DNA of 64,000 nucleotides, taken from the sequence record PZ386953.1. One strand, written 5' to 3'. This DNA is from a phage. The notes below the pieces were generated by a model. It worked only from the letters and a program-made list of their open reading frames with translations. It did not search any database and was not told where the DNA came from. The translations under genes and the position numbers were made by a program. Below are positions 49,615 to 57,849 of the stretch, in pieces (within the stretch, counting starts at the first letter, position 1; each line of letters opens with the position of its first letter).

Positions 49615-49947
49615 ATGGTAACTTTGGAAAGACGTAAAGCTATCGCCGCCACACTGGCAGACATCTTTTGGGATTGCAACTTAAAAGATACCCGAAATTG
49701 TGGCGCATCTGTAGATGTATTATTCCCACGGCCCACCATTGTTGCAATGGGAAACCTGTTAAACGTAGTGTACGGAGCATGGGACAAAGAAGGTGGATTC
49801 TATATCTGGCAACCTGACTACGGAGCCTGGAAAGAGGTAAGGGGTGCGGATGACTTTGGGCCTACAGTTGCTAAGATGGATGGCTGGGAAATTTATGTTG
49901 GAAACGACATGAAGCTGAAAGGCGAGATTGTTTACTGGTTACCTTAA
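49615..49947 (+). CDS. hypothetical protein
   Basis: 110-aa ORF. Confidence 0.4.
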   Translation: MVTLERRKAIAATLADIFWDCNLKDTRNCGASVDVLFPRPTIVAMGNLLNVVYGAWDKEGGFYIWQPDYGAWKEVRGADDFGPTVAKMDGWEIYVGNDMKLKGEIVYWLP

Positions 49948-49967
49948 GAAAGTGCAGGAGATAAAGT

Positions 49968-50213
49968 ATGAACAAAGGGTGGACATTTGTAGACGGCGTT
50001 AAAAACATGCCTCTAGGAAAGTATATCGTAGCCATGGCTGATGAGGATGGCAATGTAGATTTCGGAGCTTGCGAGGTTGTTCTTGCAGGATCTGGTAACT
50101 ATGTGAGTAAAACCGGGATAATTAACGGTCAGTTCTACTTTGATCACAACCCTGTTGTAGCGTATATGGCTATGCCAGAGTTCAAGTTCCCAAAGGAGGG
50201 TGCAGATGTTTAA
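49968..50213 (+). CDS. hypothetical protein
   Basis: 81 aa; CAGGAGA RBS. Confidence 0.4.
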   Translation: MNKGWTFVDGVKNMPLGKYIVAMADEDGNVDFGACEVVLAGSGNYVSKTGIINGQFYFDHNPVVAYMAMPEFKFPKEGADV

Positions 50214-50403
50214 GCTTAAATCTGCATGGAACATCGCTGTGGGGGACGAGATCCGTATCCCAGGTGGAAAGACCATTATGAAGATATCTCGTATTGAGTA
50301 CGAAGGTGACCGTGTATTCCACATCTTCGCAGAAGATGGTCGAGAAATTTATATACAGGCAGGTTCTCACATCTATATCCGTAAGAAAGGGGACGACAAA
50401 TGA
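50206..50403 (+). CDS. hypothetical protein
   Basis: ATG 5-6 nt after AAGGAGGG. Confidence 0.4.
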   Translation: MFKLKSAWNIAVGDEIRIPGGKTIMKISRIEYEGDRVFHIFAEDGREIYIQAGSHIYIRKKGDDK

Positions 50404-50729
50404 CAGAGATCATCATTTCAACTGCAGGGTATGTGTTCCTGACAATCATTGCACTGACTATTTTGGTGACAGTGTATGGGTTTGTTATCCTTCCTATCCT
50501 TGAGACATTTAGTTTGTGTCGGTGTTGGAGAAAAGCTTACGGTCCACAACCATGGAAGGACTGGCCCCACCTGGTGCGCTTAGCGTTCTCTTATGCTTAC
50601 GATCACTACAGTAGTGCATGCATAACCGGATACCACGCCCACAACTGGAGCTGGGAAGGGTTGAGGAAATGGAATGTTACAAAGACCATACCTCTGCGCA
50701 TGTACAAACCTAAAAACAAAGACAACTGA
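50400..50729 (+). CDS. membrane protein
   Basis: 109 aa with long N-terminal hydrophobic segment; ATGA overlap. Confidence 0.4.
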   Translation: MTEIIISTAGYVFLTIIALTILVTVYGFVILPILETFSLCRCWRKAYGPQPWKDWPHLVRLAFSYAYDHYSSACITGYHAHNWSWEGLRKWNVTKTIPLRMYKPKNKDN

Positions 50730-50732
50730 TAC

Positions 50733-50761
50733 TTGAAAATTCCTGGCATATCAAGTATAAG
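50733..50761 (+). promoter_or_regulatory. sigma70-like promoter inside a palindrome
   Basis: TTGAAA-17 bp-TATAAG; embedded in TACTTGA...TCAAGTA inverted repeat. Confidence 0.4.
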
Positions 50762-51036
50762 GGGGATTTCTAAAATGGATTTCCTCCTTTTGATATTTCA
50801 CCGGGCTGGATATTTTAAAATTCTTAGAAAATCAGAAAATGGATCGAAAACTAAAATGTATTTTTCAGAGTAGGCGCGACAAGCTGAATAACTCATCCTA
50901 TCGTTTGCACCATATTCCAGGCCACCATTATAGATTTTCCCACACATGCTCACATCCTTCTACCAGAACTTTCCCACTCGCCCTTGGCCTTTTATGGCAA
51001 TAATCCAGCCACTATCTTGAAGTTGCGGTACAGCTT

Positions 51037-51128
51037 TCCAAGTACTCGATCTGTTTTTCGTTTCAAAGATTGAATTTTCTGAAAATTTTTCTCGATAAAT
51101 TTCCAAGTACTCGATCTGTTTTTCGTTT
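51037..51128 (+). repeat. iteron-like direct repeats
   Basis: TTCCAAGTACTCGATCTGTTTTTCGTTT at 51037-51064 and 51101-51128; partial third copy TCGATTTTTCGTTTT at 51189. Confidence 0.7.
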
Positions 51129-51332
51129 TCTGAATCGGATTTTCTGGAAATCGTTCCAGCTCTCTACCTGAAATTTTTGGGGACGAAATCGATTTTTCGT
51201 TTTCAGAAATGGATTTTTAAAATTTCTATATGGGAATATTTTATGGGATACTGTTTTATAGGAAATTGTTACGGAGGGTAATTAGCATGCTAATTAAATT
51301 TATTAAATGCGAGGAGTTCTCATTTAGAATTT

Positions 51333-51350
51333 TGAATGATAATCATTCTC
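51333..51350 (+). promoter_or_regulatory. Fur-box-like sequence
   Basis: TGAATGATAATCATTCTC matches about 15 of 19 positions of GATAATGATAATCATTATC; weaker copy at 51464-51480. Confidence 0.3.
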
Positions 51351-51365
51351 GTTTGCAGAATAACG

Positions 51366-51388
51366 GGCAGGCCCGGTGATTGTCTCCC
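51366..51388 (+). repeat. 23-bp GC-rich element, copy A
   Basis: GGCAGGCCCGGTGATTGTCTCCC; exact reverse complement at 60968..60990; diverged tandem copy at 51505..51540. Confidence 0.75.
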
Positions 51389-51745
51389 GGCCCCTGTTGC
51401 CCCGGCTTGTTATTATAGTATCACACAGGACAAAGAAGGCAAGGATTTTTTGCATAAATTTTTAAATGATAATGATAACCGTTCTCATTTTATGCAGCGC
51501 CCATCCCCGGTGGTTGTCTCCCCCGTCACCGGTGCCTGCCGTCCTTTCGATAGGTATATTGTGCCCCCCCTGGCGGGGCCGCTGTCAACACCTTTTCAAA
51601 AAATTTTTCTAACCTGATGCGCTAACCGTTGCAACCTGGCGGGGCCAGCCTGGCAGGACCTAACTGACCAGGTGGGAGAGGGTGAAATCTTGCAAACCTG
51701 GTAGGCCCATGCTGTAGGGTAAACAATTGAAGAGGAGGTACAAAA

Positions 51746-51886
51746 ATGAAAGGTAATGCTACTCACCTGGGAAATGTAGTGATTAATGATACAGAAGCGC
51801 GGGAACATAAAGAAGAGTACGAAAAAATGGTGGTTAACCTGGCGGGGGCGGCAGGTGGATTCTATCATAAAAATAATTTAAAATAA
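51746..51886 (+). CDS. small protein (46 aa)
   Basis: ATG after GAAGAGGAGG; below tool size cutoff. Confidence 0.35.
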   Translation: MKGNATHLGNVVINDTEAREHKEEYEKMVVNLAGAAGGFYHKNNLK

Positions 51887-51889
51887 TCG

Positions 51890-51918
51890 TTGACAACAAG
51901 GTTAATCATGGTATTATT
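51890..51918 (+). promoter_or_regulatory. sigma70-like early promoter
   Basis: TTGACA-17 bp-TATTAT. Confidence 0.5.
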
Positions 51919-51967
51919 ACCCTACAAGGTGAACAACACCGCACTAACCAGTAAAGAGGATAAAATC

Positions 51968-52165
51968 ATGAACGCATACGGGATCAAAGTACGTCGCAAC
52001 ACTCGCCAGGTGGTCACCGATCAAATGGTTTGCCAGGTGGACGTAACCATCAACAACGGGCAAGGCCTTTATAAATTCCGTCGCGGTCAGAGCTATACCC
52101 GGCAACAGCTTAATCGTTGCGCCCTGACAAAAGGACAGATCAACCACTGGTTTAATAAAAAATAA
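51968..52165 (+). CDS. small basic early protein (66 aa)
   Basis: ATG after AAGAGGATAAAATC leader; promoter 51890-51918 (tool start 51890 is the -35 TTG). Confidence 0.5.
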   Translation: MNAYGIKVRRNTRQVVTDQMVCQVDVTINNGQGLYKFRRGQSYTRQQLNRCALTKGQINHWFNKK

Positions 52166-52168
52166 GTA

Positions 52169-52197
52169 TTGACATATAGTCCGACACCAAATACACT
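52169..52197 (+). promoter_or_regulatory. sigma70-like early promoter
   Basis: TTGACA-17 bp-TACACT. Confidence 0.45.
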
Positions 52198-52229
52198 AAA
52201 AGCACAAAAGACACTAAGAGGATAAAATC

Positions 52230-52628
52230 ATGAAAACCACCACCTTTAATTTTGATAATGCGGACTTTTCTTTTTCTGATGTCAAGAACTGCCGCCGTGA
52301 TCGTGGATTTTACAAGGCTTATAATCTGGTGGGCCTGGACGATGACAATAATTTGCACGAAGTAGCTGAGATCCGGTATTATGCCGCCGCCAGCGGGAAC
52401 ACTCACTACTGCGTGTTTTGGATTCACGACAACAAGAACAATAAGTACGGTTATACTGGCGGCAAGGCGAGCGGTCACGGTTACGATAAAGCTAACGCAG
52501 CACTTGAGAGCGCATTAAATGCTATGGGGATCACTGCCGACGGCTGGATCTACGAAGAAGAGTTTTTGTCGGCACTTGCTGACCACCTGGGCTATAAAAA
52601 ACACATTGTAACATGCGCCCACGAATAA
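52230..52628 (+). CDS. hypothetical early protein
   Basis: 132 aa; identical AAGAGGATAAAATCATG leader; promoter 52169-52197. Confidence 0.5.
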   Translation: MKTTTFNFDNADFSFSDVKNCRRDRGFYKAYNLVGLDDDNNLHEVAEIRYYAAASGNTHYCVFWIHDNKNNKYGYTGGKASGHGYDKANAALESALNAMGITADGWIYEEEFLSALADHLGYKKHIVTCAHE

Positions 52629-52710
52629 AAATCATTGACACGCTGCAAAATTTAAGTAAACTAGACACAAAAGGCGGGAATGTTTCCCGCCAGCACAAAG
52701 GAAAAAGATC

Positions 52711-53106
52711 ATGAATAAGAACGTACGCCGCATCATGAACGAACTGGCAAACGATGAAAAAATTATTGATATGCATTTGGTCAACATTTGCCGCCGTTGT
52801 GTAACATATAACAACCGCGCCGCAAAAGCGCGTGAGATGAACGCAAAAGGCACCTTAAAGCCCTTTCAGGTGGTTGTAAAATCTATAACTAGCGCAGCAG
52901 GCCAGGCGCAGGACCACAACAACGAGAGCGCTAATATTGATCCGTCTTACGTAATGAAACGGATCCGGACTTGCAAGAATAAAGAGCAGGTATATAACGT
53001 CATAGATTGGCTGGACTCCCTGGGCGATGTGGTTTACAATAGGTTTTCTGCAGCTATCGAGATCCAGCTTGACAGATTGGACGGGAAAGTACTAAAAACT
53101 TATTGA
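52711..53106 (+). CDS. hypothetical early protein
   Basis: 131 aa; promoter 52635-52662, leader hairpin 52673-52691. Confidence 0.5.
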   Translation: MNKNVRRIMNELANDEKIIDMHLVNICRRCVTYNNRAAKAREMNAKGTLKPFQVVVKSITSAAGQAQDHNNESANIDPSYVMKRIRTCKNKEQVYNVIDWLDSLGDVVYNRFSAAIEIQLDRLDGKVLKTY

Positions 53107-53108
53107 GT

Positions 53109-53154
53109 TTATTTTTAGATGGCCTTGACACCAGGGCCATCAATAAAGTAAACT
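53109..53154 (+). promoter_or_regulatory. 46-bp palindromic promoter box, copy 1
   Basis: TTATTTTTAGATGGCCTTGACACCAGGGCCATCAATAAAGTAAACT; 7-bp inverted repeat GATGGCC/GGCCATC brackets the -35 TTGACA. Confidence 0.55.
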
Positions 53155-53186
53155 AACCACAGTTGAGCGGAAAAGGAGGCTTAAAG

Positions 53187-53306
53187 ATGAGCACTACACG
53201 CCAGCACACAAAGGTAACCATCATCGTTTGCATCATTGGGTACATCCTGGCGCAAATGTTGATGGGTAGCGCCAACGGTGTCGCAAAATTTTTCTTAAAC
53301 TTTTAA
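53187..53306 (+). CDS. small hydrophobic peptide (39 aa)
   Basis: ATG 6 nt after AAGGAGG, downstream of promoter box 53109-53154; one hydrophobic helix. Confidence 0.35.
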   Translation: MSTTRQHTKVTIIVCIIGYILAQMLMGSANGVAKFFLNF

Positions 53307-53334
53307 TTGACAAGCTAACTTAAATCGATATAAT
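53307..53334 (+). promoter_or_regulatory. consensus sigma70-like early promoter
   Basis: TTGACA-16 bp-TATAAT. Confidence 0.55.
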
Positions 53335-53385
53335 AAGCACATAAACGGGAAAACTTCCCAGAACACACAAAAGGAGAAAAACACC

Positions 53386-53727
53386 ATGACTACTATGACC
53401 GCCTCAGAAAAAGCTATGCAGATCGCTGAACTGAAAAAACAGATCGCAGACCTTGAGAATAAGATCGATAACTTTGAAATCGACGAGGACAAGTACGACG
53501 AAAACTATGATGAATGGTTAGACGAGATCTACGGCGAAATTATGATCGGAAACATTTCTTTTCTTCCGTCGCGTATCCTCAAGGAGCTAGATCCTATCGC
53601 TTACCGCTGCGGATTTAGCGACTACATCGACAGCCTGGATATTGAGAACGATGAAGAATACCAGGAATTACAGACAGAGTTAGAAGAAGCAAAAGAAGAG
53701 CTTGCGGAGCTGGAAGAAAACGAGTAA
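53386..53727 (+). CDS. highly acidic coiled-coil early protein
   Basis: 113 aa, D/E-rich, ends EELAELEENE; consensus promoter 53307-53334. Confidence 0.5.
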   Translation: MTTMTASEKAMQIAELKKQIADLENKIDNFEIDEDKYDENYDEWLDEIYGEIMIGNISFLPSRILKELDPIAYRCGFSDYIDSLDIENDEEYQELQTELEEAKEELAELEENE

Positions 53728-53729
53728 GC

Positions 53730-53775
53730 TTATTTTTAGATGGCCTTGACACCAGGGCCATCAATAAAGTAAACT
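53730..53775 (+). promoter_or_regulatory. 46-bp palindromic promoter box, copy 2
   Basis: Identical 46-mer to copy 1, immediately after a stop codon. Confidence 0.55.
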
Positions 53776-53816
53776 TTATACTGTTAACACTGAACGAATG
53801 CATAGGAGTTAAAACC

Positions 53817-54062
53817 ATGGCAGCACTAATCACCAAATATTATGCCCCTACCAATACCAAAAGCGCCCGTATCATGGTAAAAGGCTTCGGACGTAAAAAG
53901 GTGTACACCTGGGATTATGCCTTAGACACGGAAGACAACTACACCAACGCAATGACCGATTTTATTAATGAACTAAATAAGCAGATCTTGACAAGTTATA
54001 AAGTGACCGATATTGCTTATATAGGTGAAGGCGGGATCTGTTTTGTAGGCATTGTGAAATAG
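53817..54062 (+). CDS. hypothetical early protein
   Basis: 81 aa; ATAGGAGTTAAAACCATGGC leader repeated at 58407; promoter box upstream. Confidence 0.45.
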   Translation: MAALITKYYAPTNTKSARIMVKGFGRKKVYTWDYALDTEDNYTNAMTDFINELNKQILTSYKVTDIAYIGEGGICFVGIVK

Positions 54063-54110
54063 TTATTTTTTCGGTGGTCCTGGTTGCAGGGCCATCTATA
54101 AAGATAATTT
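54062..54110 (+). promoter_or_regulatory. diverged promoter box, copy 4
   Basis: TTATTTTTTCGGTGGTCCTGGTTGCAGGGCCATCTATAAAG: same layout, degenerate arms. Confidence 0.3.
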
Positions 54111-54136
54111 ATTAACACCATGAAAGGAGAAAGTAC

Positions 54137-54490
54137 ATGATCAGCGGGGCAAGTTTTATTATTGGCGCTATTGCTACGGCTTTAATTGTAAATAAGATCC
54201 AGGATAAAAAGGAAAGAGGAAGTACCGCCCTTGCAGAATATCCATTTTGGGCATTCAACGATAACGAAGATTATATTATAAAGTATAAAAATAAAGAAGG
54301 TGACCAAGTAACACCGCGACCGATCCCGGCTTACAAAATGCAGGAAACACTATACCGCCTGAAGGCGGGGGGCGCAAAAATTGTAGACTTTTGGGGATAC
54401 GACCACACAGATCAGGAAGTTATAAAGCGCCGTATCCGGGCTATTCAGGCCAATATTGAAGTTAGCAAGGGGGGAATATATGAAAATTAA
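54137..54490 (+). CDS. membrane-anchored early protein
   Basis: 117 aa, N-terminal hydrophobic helix; GAAAGGAGA RBS. Confidence 0.45.
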   Translation: MISGASFIIGAIATALIVNKIQDKKERGSTALAEYPFWAFNDNEDYIIKYKNKEGDQVTPRPIPAYKMQETLYRLKAGGAKIVDFWGYDHTDQEVIKRRIRAIQANIEVSKGGIYEN

Positions 54491-54677
54491 TTTCGAGAAA
54501 ATTGTAAAGCGCCCTCATGATTCCGAAGAGCTGCCAGAACGCCGCCAGCGTAACAATAAACTGAATAAGCCAAAAAGGTTTGGGAAGATCTGGCGTAATC
54601 ATTATGATCGTAAATTGCCCGGCCTACTTTTGGAACGTGAACGACAGGCAGAACGATACCGCCATAAAGACAAATAA
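54480..54677 (+). CDS. small basic protein (65 aa)
   Basis: ATG after AAGGGGGG, overlaps upstream stop; terminator follows. Confidence 0.35.
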   Translation: MKINFEKIVKRPHDSEELPERRQRNNKLNKPKRFGKIWRNHYDRKLPGLLLERERQAERYRHKDK

Positions 54678-54685
54678 CAACCAAC

Positions 54686-54715
54686 TCCCCGCCATTGTGC
54701 GGGGCTTTTTATTTC
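54686..54715 (+). terminator. intrinsic terminator
   Basis: CCCCGC-CATTGT-GCGGGG then CTTTTTATTTC. Confidence 0.65.
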
Positions 54716-54836
54716 TATCCTACGAATAGCGCCCCTGGTTGGCCCTGTAAGCGCCAAAAAGGCCCCCACCTATGCAATCGCCCCCCTTTAACCTGAAAAC
54801 ATCGCCCATGGCCGTTTCATGGCGTTAAAAATATCA

Positions 54837-54864
54837 TTGACATCGTCAACAGGTTAGCTATACT
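54837..54864 (+). promoter_or_regulatory. sigma70-like early promoter
   Basis: TTGACA-16 bp-TATACT. Confidence 0.5.
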
Positions 54865-54896
54865 AACCACATCAAAGAGAGAAAGGAGTAAACGCC

Positions 54897-55157
54897 ATGC
54901 GTAAATTAAAAAATTTTGATAAAGTTGATGTTATCCTGAATAATTTTTACTACTGCAACAACAAGGCTATTTGGTGGCGTGATAGTTCCACCGATAAAGT
55001 TAAGGCGCGCTTTCTTCAAGGGCACTGGCAAGGCCGCCCAGTGATTAAAATCATGGGGCAATTGGTAGCTTTCAAAAATTGCCGCCGTGCTGATGATATC
55101 GAAGATATCTTGAACGTTTTACGCTACAACAATTTTAAAAATAGTGTTGACAAGTAA
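54897..55157 (+). CDS. hypothetical early protein
   Basis: 86 aa; promoter 54837-54864; GAAAGGAG RBS. Confidence 0.45.
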   Translation: MRKLKNFDKVDVILNNFYYCNNKAIWWRDSSTDKVKARFLQGHWQGRPVIKIMGQLVAFKNCRRADDIEDILNVLRYNNFKNSVDK

Positions 55158-55174
55158 GATTAAACAAGTATACT
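55147..55174 (+). promoter_or_regulatory. sigma70-like early promoter
   Basis: TTGACA-16 bp-TATACT, overlaps upstream stop codon. Confidence 0.5.
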
Positions 55175-55231
55175 TAATCACATAGGCGGGAAAAATTCCC
55201 GCCACCGCCGAAGAAAATAGGAGAAAATATC

Positions 55232-55855
55232 ATGACTACCGTTAACATTACCGCAGGTTACAATTTATCTTTCGACGTGCTGACCGACGAACAAAAAGAA
55301 AAAGCCGTTGAAATGGTCCGCGAAAGAGAGGAAAACAGCGGTGATAACTTTTTCGCAGAAAGCGTAATTGAATACTATAAAGAATATGTTTTTCCAGAGT
55401 ATGGCCTTGAAGATACCGAAGTACATTGGTCAGGCTTTTGGTGCCAGGGTGACGGCGCGTCAATCAGTGCTGAAAACGTGGATTTAGAAAAATTTTTGCG
55501 TAAAGTAAAGGCCCTGACCAAGTTCCGATCAATTCGTCACTTGTTCGGCACAATGCACGATGGCGAGTTATCAGCCAGTGTTGAACGCGACAAGTACAGC
55601 CATTACAGCCATGAAAACACTGTAAGCGGGTACATTGATACCACTTGGCTAGATCTGACCGCCAAACAAGAAAACAAAGTGGAAGACCTGGAAGAACTGA
55701 TCACCGAGACGGTACGGGAGCTATCCCGCAAGGTTTACGTAGACCTGGAGGAGGCCTATCTAGAACAGTTCACCGCAGAAAACCTGATCGGCCTTATCGA
55801 GGCCAATAACTGGCGGTTTGATGTCGATGAATATGGTGAGATGACTTTTTCATAA
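55232..55855 (+). CDS. acidic early protein
   Basis: 207 aa, net acidic; promoter 55147-55174 and leader hairpin 55185-55203. Confidence 0.5.
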   Translation: MTTVNITAGYNLSFDVLTDEQKEKAVEMVREREENSGDNFFAESVIEYYKEYVFPEYGLEDTEVHWSGFWCQGDGASISAENVDLEKFLRKVKALTKFRSIRHLFGTMHDGELSASVERDKYSHYSHENTVSGYIDTTWLDLTAKQENKVEDLEELITETVRELSRKVYVDLEEAYLEQFTAENLIGLIEANNWRFDVDEYGEMTFS

Positions 55856-55863
55856 ATAAAGTG

Positions 55864-55891
55864 TTGCAATAACCTAAAAACCTGCTATATT
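55864..55891 (+). promoter_or_regulatory. sigma70-like early promoter
   Basis: TTGCAA-16 bp-TATATT. Confidence 0.45.
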
Positions 55892-55945
55892 AAAACTCAA
55901 GGGGGCAAGACGTTTGCCCCAACACAAAACAAAGAGGATAACATC

Positions 55946-56326
55946 ATGAAAAACACTACCAAGGCTATTGACACCGTTATGTTTAACCTGGTTACATTCC
56001 GTGAAGATATGAAAGATCTTCCTCGTGAAACAGTGTGCGACCATATCGAAAACTATCGCAAACTAATCAAAGAGTTGCCTTTAAAACGTGATCAATATGC
56101 GGCTAACGCCATGCTTAATGCCATGATCAAAAAGATGATCCAGTGTGATTTAACCCTGGCCTATGATTATGCAGGCGGTCGTTTTGCAGTATACAATCAG
56201 CCCGTGCCCGGTATGAGCACCACCGAAGAATTGCACGCGCTCAATCTAAAACAAGACGTGTGGGATAGTATGCCTCGCGTGGTGGTATGGGTAGAAAGCG
56301 GAAAGATTTACGGCGATAATTTTTAA
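55946..56326 (+). CDS. hypothetical early protein
   Basis: 126 aa; promoter 55864-55891, leader hairpin, AAAGAGGATAACATCATG. Confidence 0.45.
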   Translation: MKNTTKAIDTVMFNLVTFREDMKDLPRETVCDHIENYRKLIKELPLKRDQYAANAMLNAMIKKMIQCDLTLAYDYAGGRFAVYNQPVPGMSTTEELHALNLKQDVWDSMPRVVVWVESGKIYGDNF

Positions 56327-56390
56327 TCAGGTAGCAGGCGGCATATTTGCCGCCTTATTGTTAATCAGAACTGTAAAAGAGGTACATAGA

Positions 56391-56762
56391 ATGGAATTTA
56401 TTATTTTGGCTGTATTGGTTGCCTTGTTTAACGCCTGGATCGCTGGCAAGATGGGAAGATCCGCCTTTTTATGGTTTATTATATCTATTTTCCTGGGGGT
56501 GGTTGCAACTATTGTATTGGTTATCCTTGCAATTGTTGACAAGGGGAATAATAGAAAGGGTAAAGTATTTTCAGACCTGTACGACGCTCAAACGTTTGTC
56601 AACGCCTATTATAGTGATCTTCCAGTCTCCCTACGCTGCAGCCTGGCACAACAGGTTTTTGATGAGGCTAAAACCAGAGATCAAGCCCATGAGATATGTT
56701 TAACTGAGGCGGATCGCCTATTTGAGAGGAATAGAAAATATGTGGGCCAACCGTTTAAATAA
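56391..56762 (+). CDS. membrane protein
   Basis: ATG after AAAGAGG; two predicted TM helices. Confidence 0.45.
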   Translation: MEFIILAVLVALFNAWIAGKMGRSAFLWFIISIFLGVVATIVLVILAIVDKGNNRKGKVFSDLYDAQTFVNAYYSDLPVSLRCSLAQQVFDEAKTRDQAHEICLTEADRLFERNRKYVGQPFK

Positions 56763-56985
56763 TGCCACGTTAATTAATCCCTTTAGTGAAGATTTGAAGC
56801 CAGCCGCCTGGCGTGACGGATTCAATAACGAACGCTTTATTTTCAGGCCTGATCTTGAGGAATTTTATAACAATGGATCGAACAACAGCGGAGATAATTT
56901 TTCTTGTGGTGTGCGTGGTGATGGTACTCCTGGGGGCCATTGTAAACCACGTCACTACTACCAGAAGGAAAGGGGGAGACGATGA
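56740..56985 (+). CDS. hypothetical protein (frame uncertain)
   Basis: ATG after GAGAGGA; TGA overlaps next start (ATGA); an alternative 41-aa TM peptide ORF exists in another frame (56873..56998). Confidence 0.3.
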   Translation: MWANRLNNATLINPFSEDLKPAAWRDGFNNERFIFRPDLEEFYNNGSNNSGDNFSCGVRGDGTPGGHCKPRHYYQKERGRR

Positions 56986-57101
56986 CAACCAAGGATAAGC
57001 CATGTACCGATAAGGTGCGCCGCGTTATGGTATGGCTTGAGATTATCGCCCTTGAAATATTGCTAGGCGTAGGGATGTACTTTATCGCTGTAAGTAACTA
57101 A
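56982..57101 (+). CDS. small membrane peptide (39 aa)
   Basis: ATG 6 nt after AAGGGGGAG; one TM helix; terminator follows. Confidence 0.35.
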   Translation: MTTKDKPCTDKVRRVMVWLEIIALEILLGVGMYFIAVSN

Positions 57102-57104
57102 GAA

Positions 57105-57134
57105 CGGCCCCCGATCATGGGGGCCTATCTTTTA
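57105..57134 (+). terminator. intrinsic terminator
   Basis: GGCCCCC-GATCAT-GGGGGCC then TATCTTTT. Confidence 0.6.
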
Positions 57135-57240
57135 AAAAAATTTTTCTTCCGTGGTGTTGCAATCCGATCCGGAATGTGGATAATAACAATCAACGGGGAG
57201 CTAATCCCCACCACCACAAAAACCAGAAAGGAGAAACAAA

Positions 57241-57441
57241 ATGAGCAACAATATCCGCGTTATTAACTTCAAAAAAGAAGAAAAAATTGCCGTGCTGATT
57301 GACGGTCAAGAAATCTTCAAGGGCGACTATGAAGATCATCAAACGGCGATTAGTATCACTCGCGTGATTGGTTACCATAATTTCTACCCCCAAGGCGCTG
57401 AGGCAGCAGTTAAACGAATCAAAGAGATTGTAGGCCTGTAA
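57241..57441 (+). CDS. hypothetical early protein
   Basis: 66 aa; promoter 57157-57186; GAAAGGAGA RBS. Confidence 0.45.
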   Translation: MSNNIRVINFKKEEKIAVLIDGQEIFKGDYEDHQTAISITRVIGYHNFYPQGAEAAVKRIKEIVGL

Positions 57442-57444
57442 AAT

Positions 57445-57490
57445 TTATTTTTAGATGGCCTTGACTTCAGGGCCATCAATAAAGTAAATT
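57445..57490 (+). promoter_or_regulatory. 46-bp palindromic promoter box, copy 3
   Basis: Same box with 3 substitutions (TTGACT, TAAATT). Confidence 0.5.
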
Positions 57491-57532
57491 TAAACCCTGT
57501 TAAAATAATCAGTGCAAAAAGGAGTAATGGTC

Positions 57533-57832
57533 ATGTTTATACCCGCCAATAATCTTTATTTCTTTGATGGTCAGATCGTAGACGGTGTGGAAGTGGAGAT
57601 CACTGGGTGCCCTGGTGGTCAGGCTATGACTTTTCGGAATAATGCCTTTGATGATTCTCGTATCGTTATGAGAATGGAAGTTACAAAGCTGGACGACAAG
57701 AAAACACTCATTGACTATTCCGTGAAAGATCATCCAGACCACCACATGATCTATGGTGATTTGTGCATTGTTGACCGTGACAAGGTGAGCGGCATTGTGA
57801 TCGCTATTGTGAACGATGTTTTCTCAAACTAA
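57533..57832 (+). CDS. hypothetical early protein
   Basis: ATG 8 nt after AAGGAG (tool GTG start is 21 nt upstream); promoter box 57445-57490. Confidence 0.45.
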   Translation: MFIPANNLYFFDGQIVDGVEVEITGCPGGQAMTFRNNAFDDSRIVMRMEVTKLDDKKTLIDYSVKDHPDHHMIYGDLCIVDRDKVSGIVIAIVNDVFSN

Positions 57833-57849
57833 TTTCAGCAGGTGATTTT

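Noticed and set aside
51336-51617. 93-aa ORF (+) and 60796..61044 ORF (-) sharing the peptide TGRPGDCLP
   Set aside because: The shared peptide is a by-product of translating the 23-bp repeated DNA element in the same frame. Neither ORF has an RBS and both lie in GC-rich structured non-coding sequence.
50730-51890. tRNA or tmRNA genes in the non-coding regions (also 62311-63960)
   Set aside because: No cloverleaf-compatible sequence with a GTTCRANYC T-loop and matching acceptor stem was found by eye. A tRNA scan should still be run.
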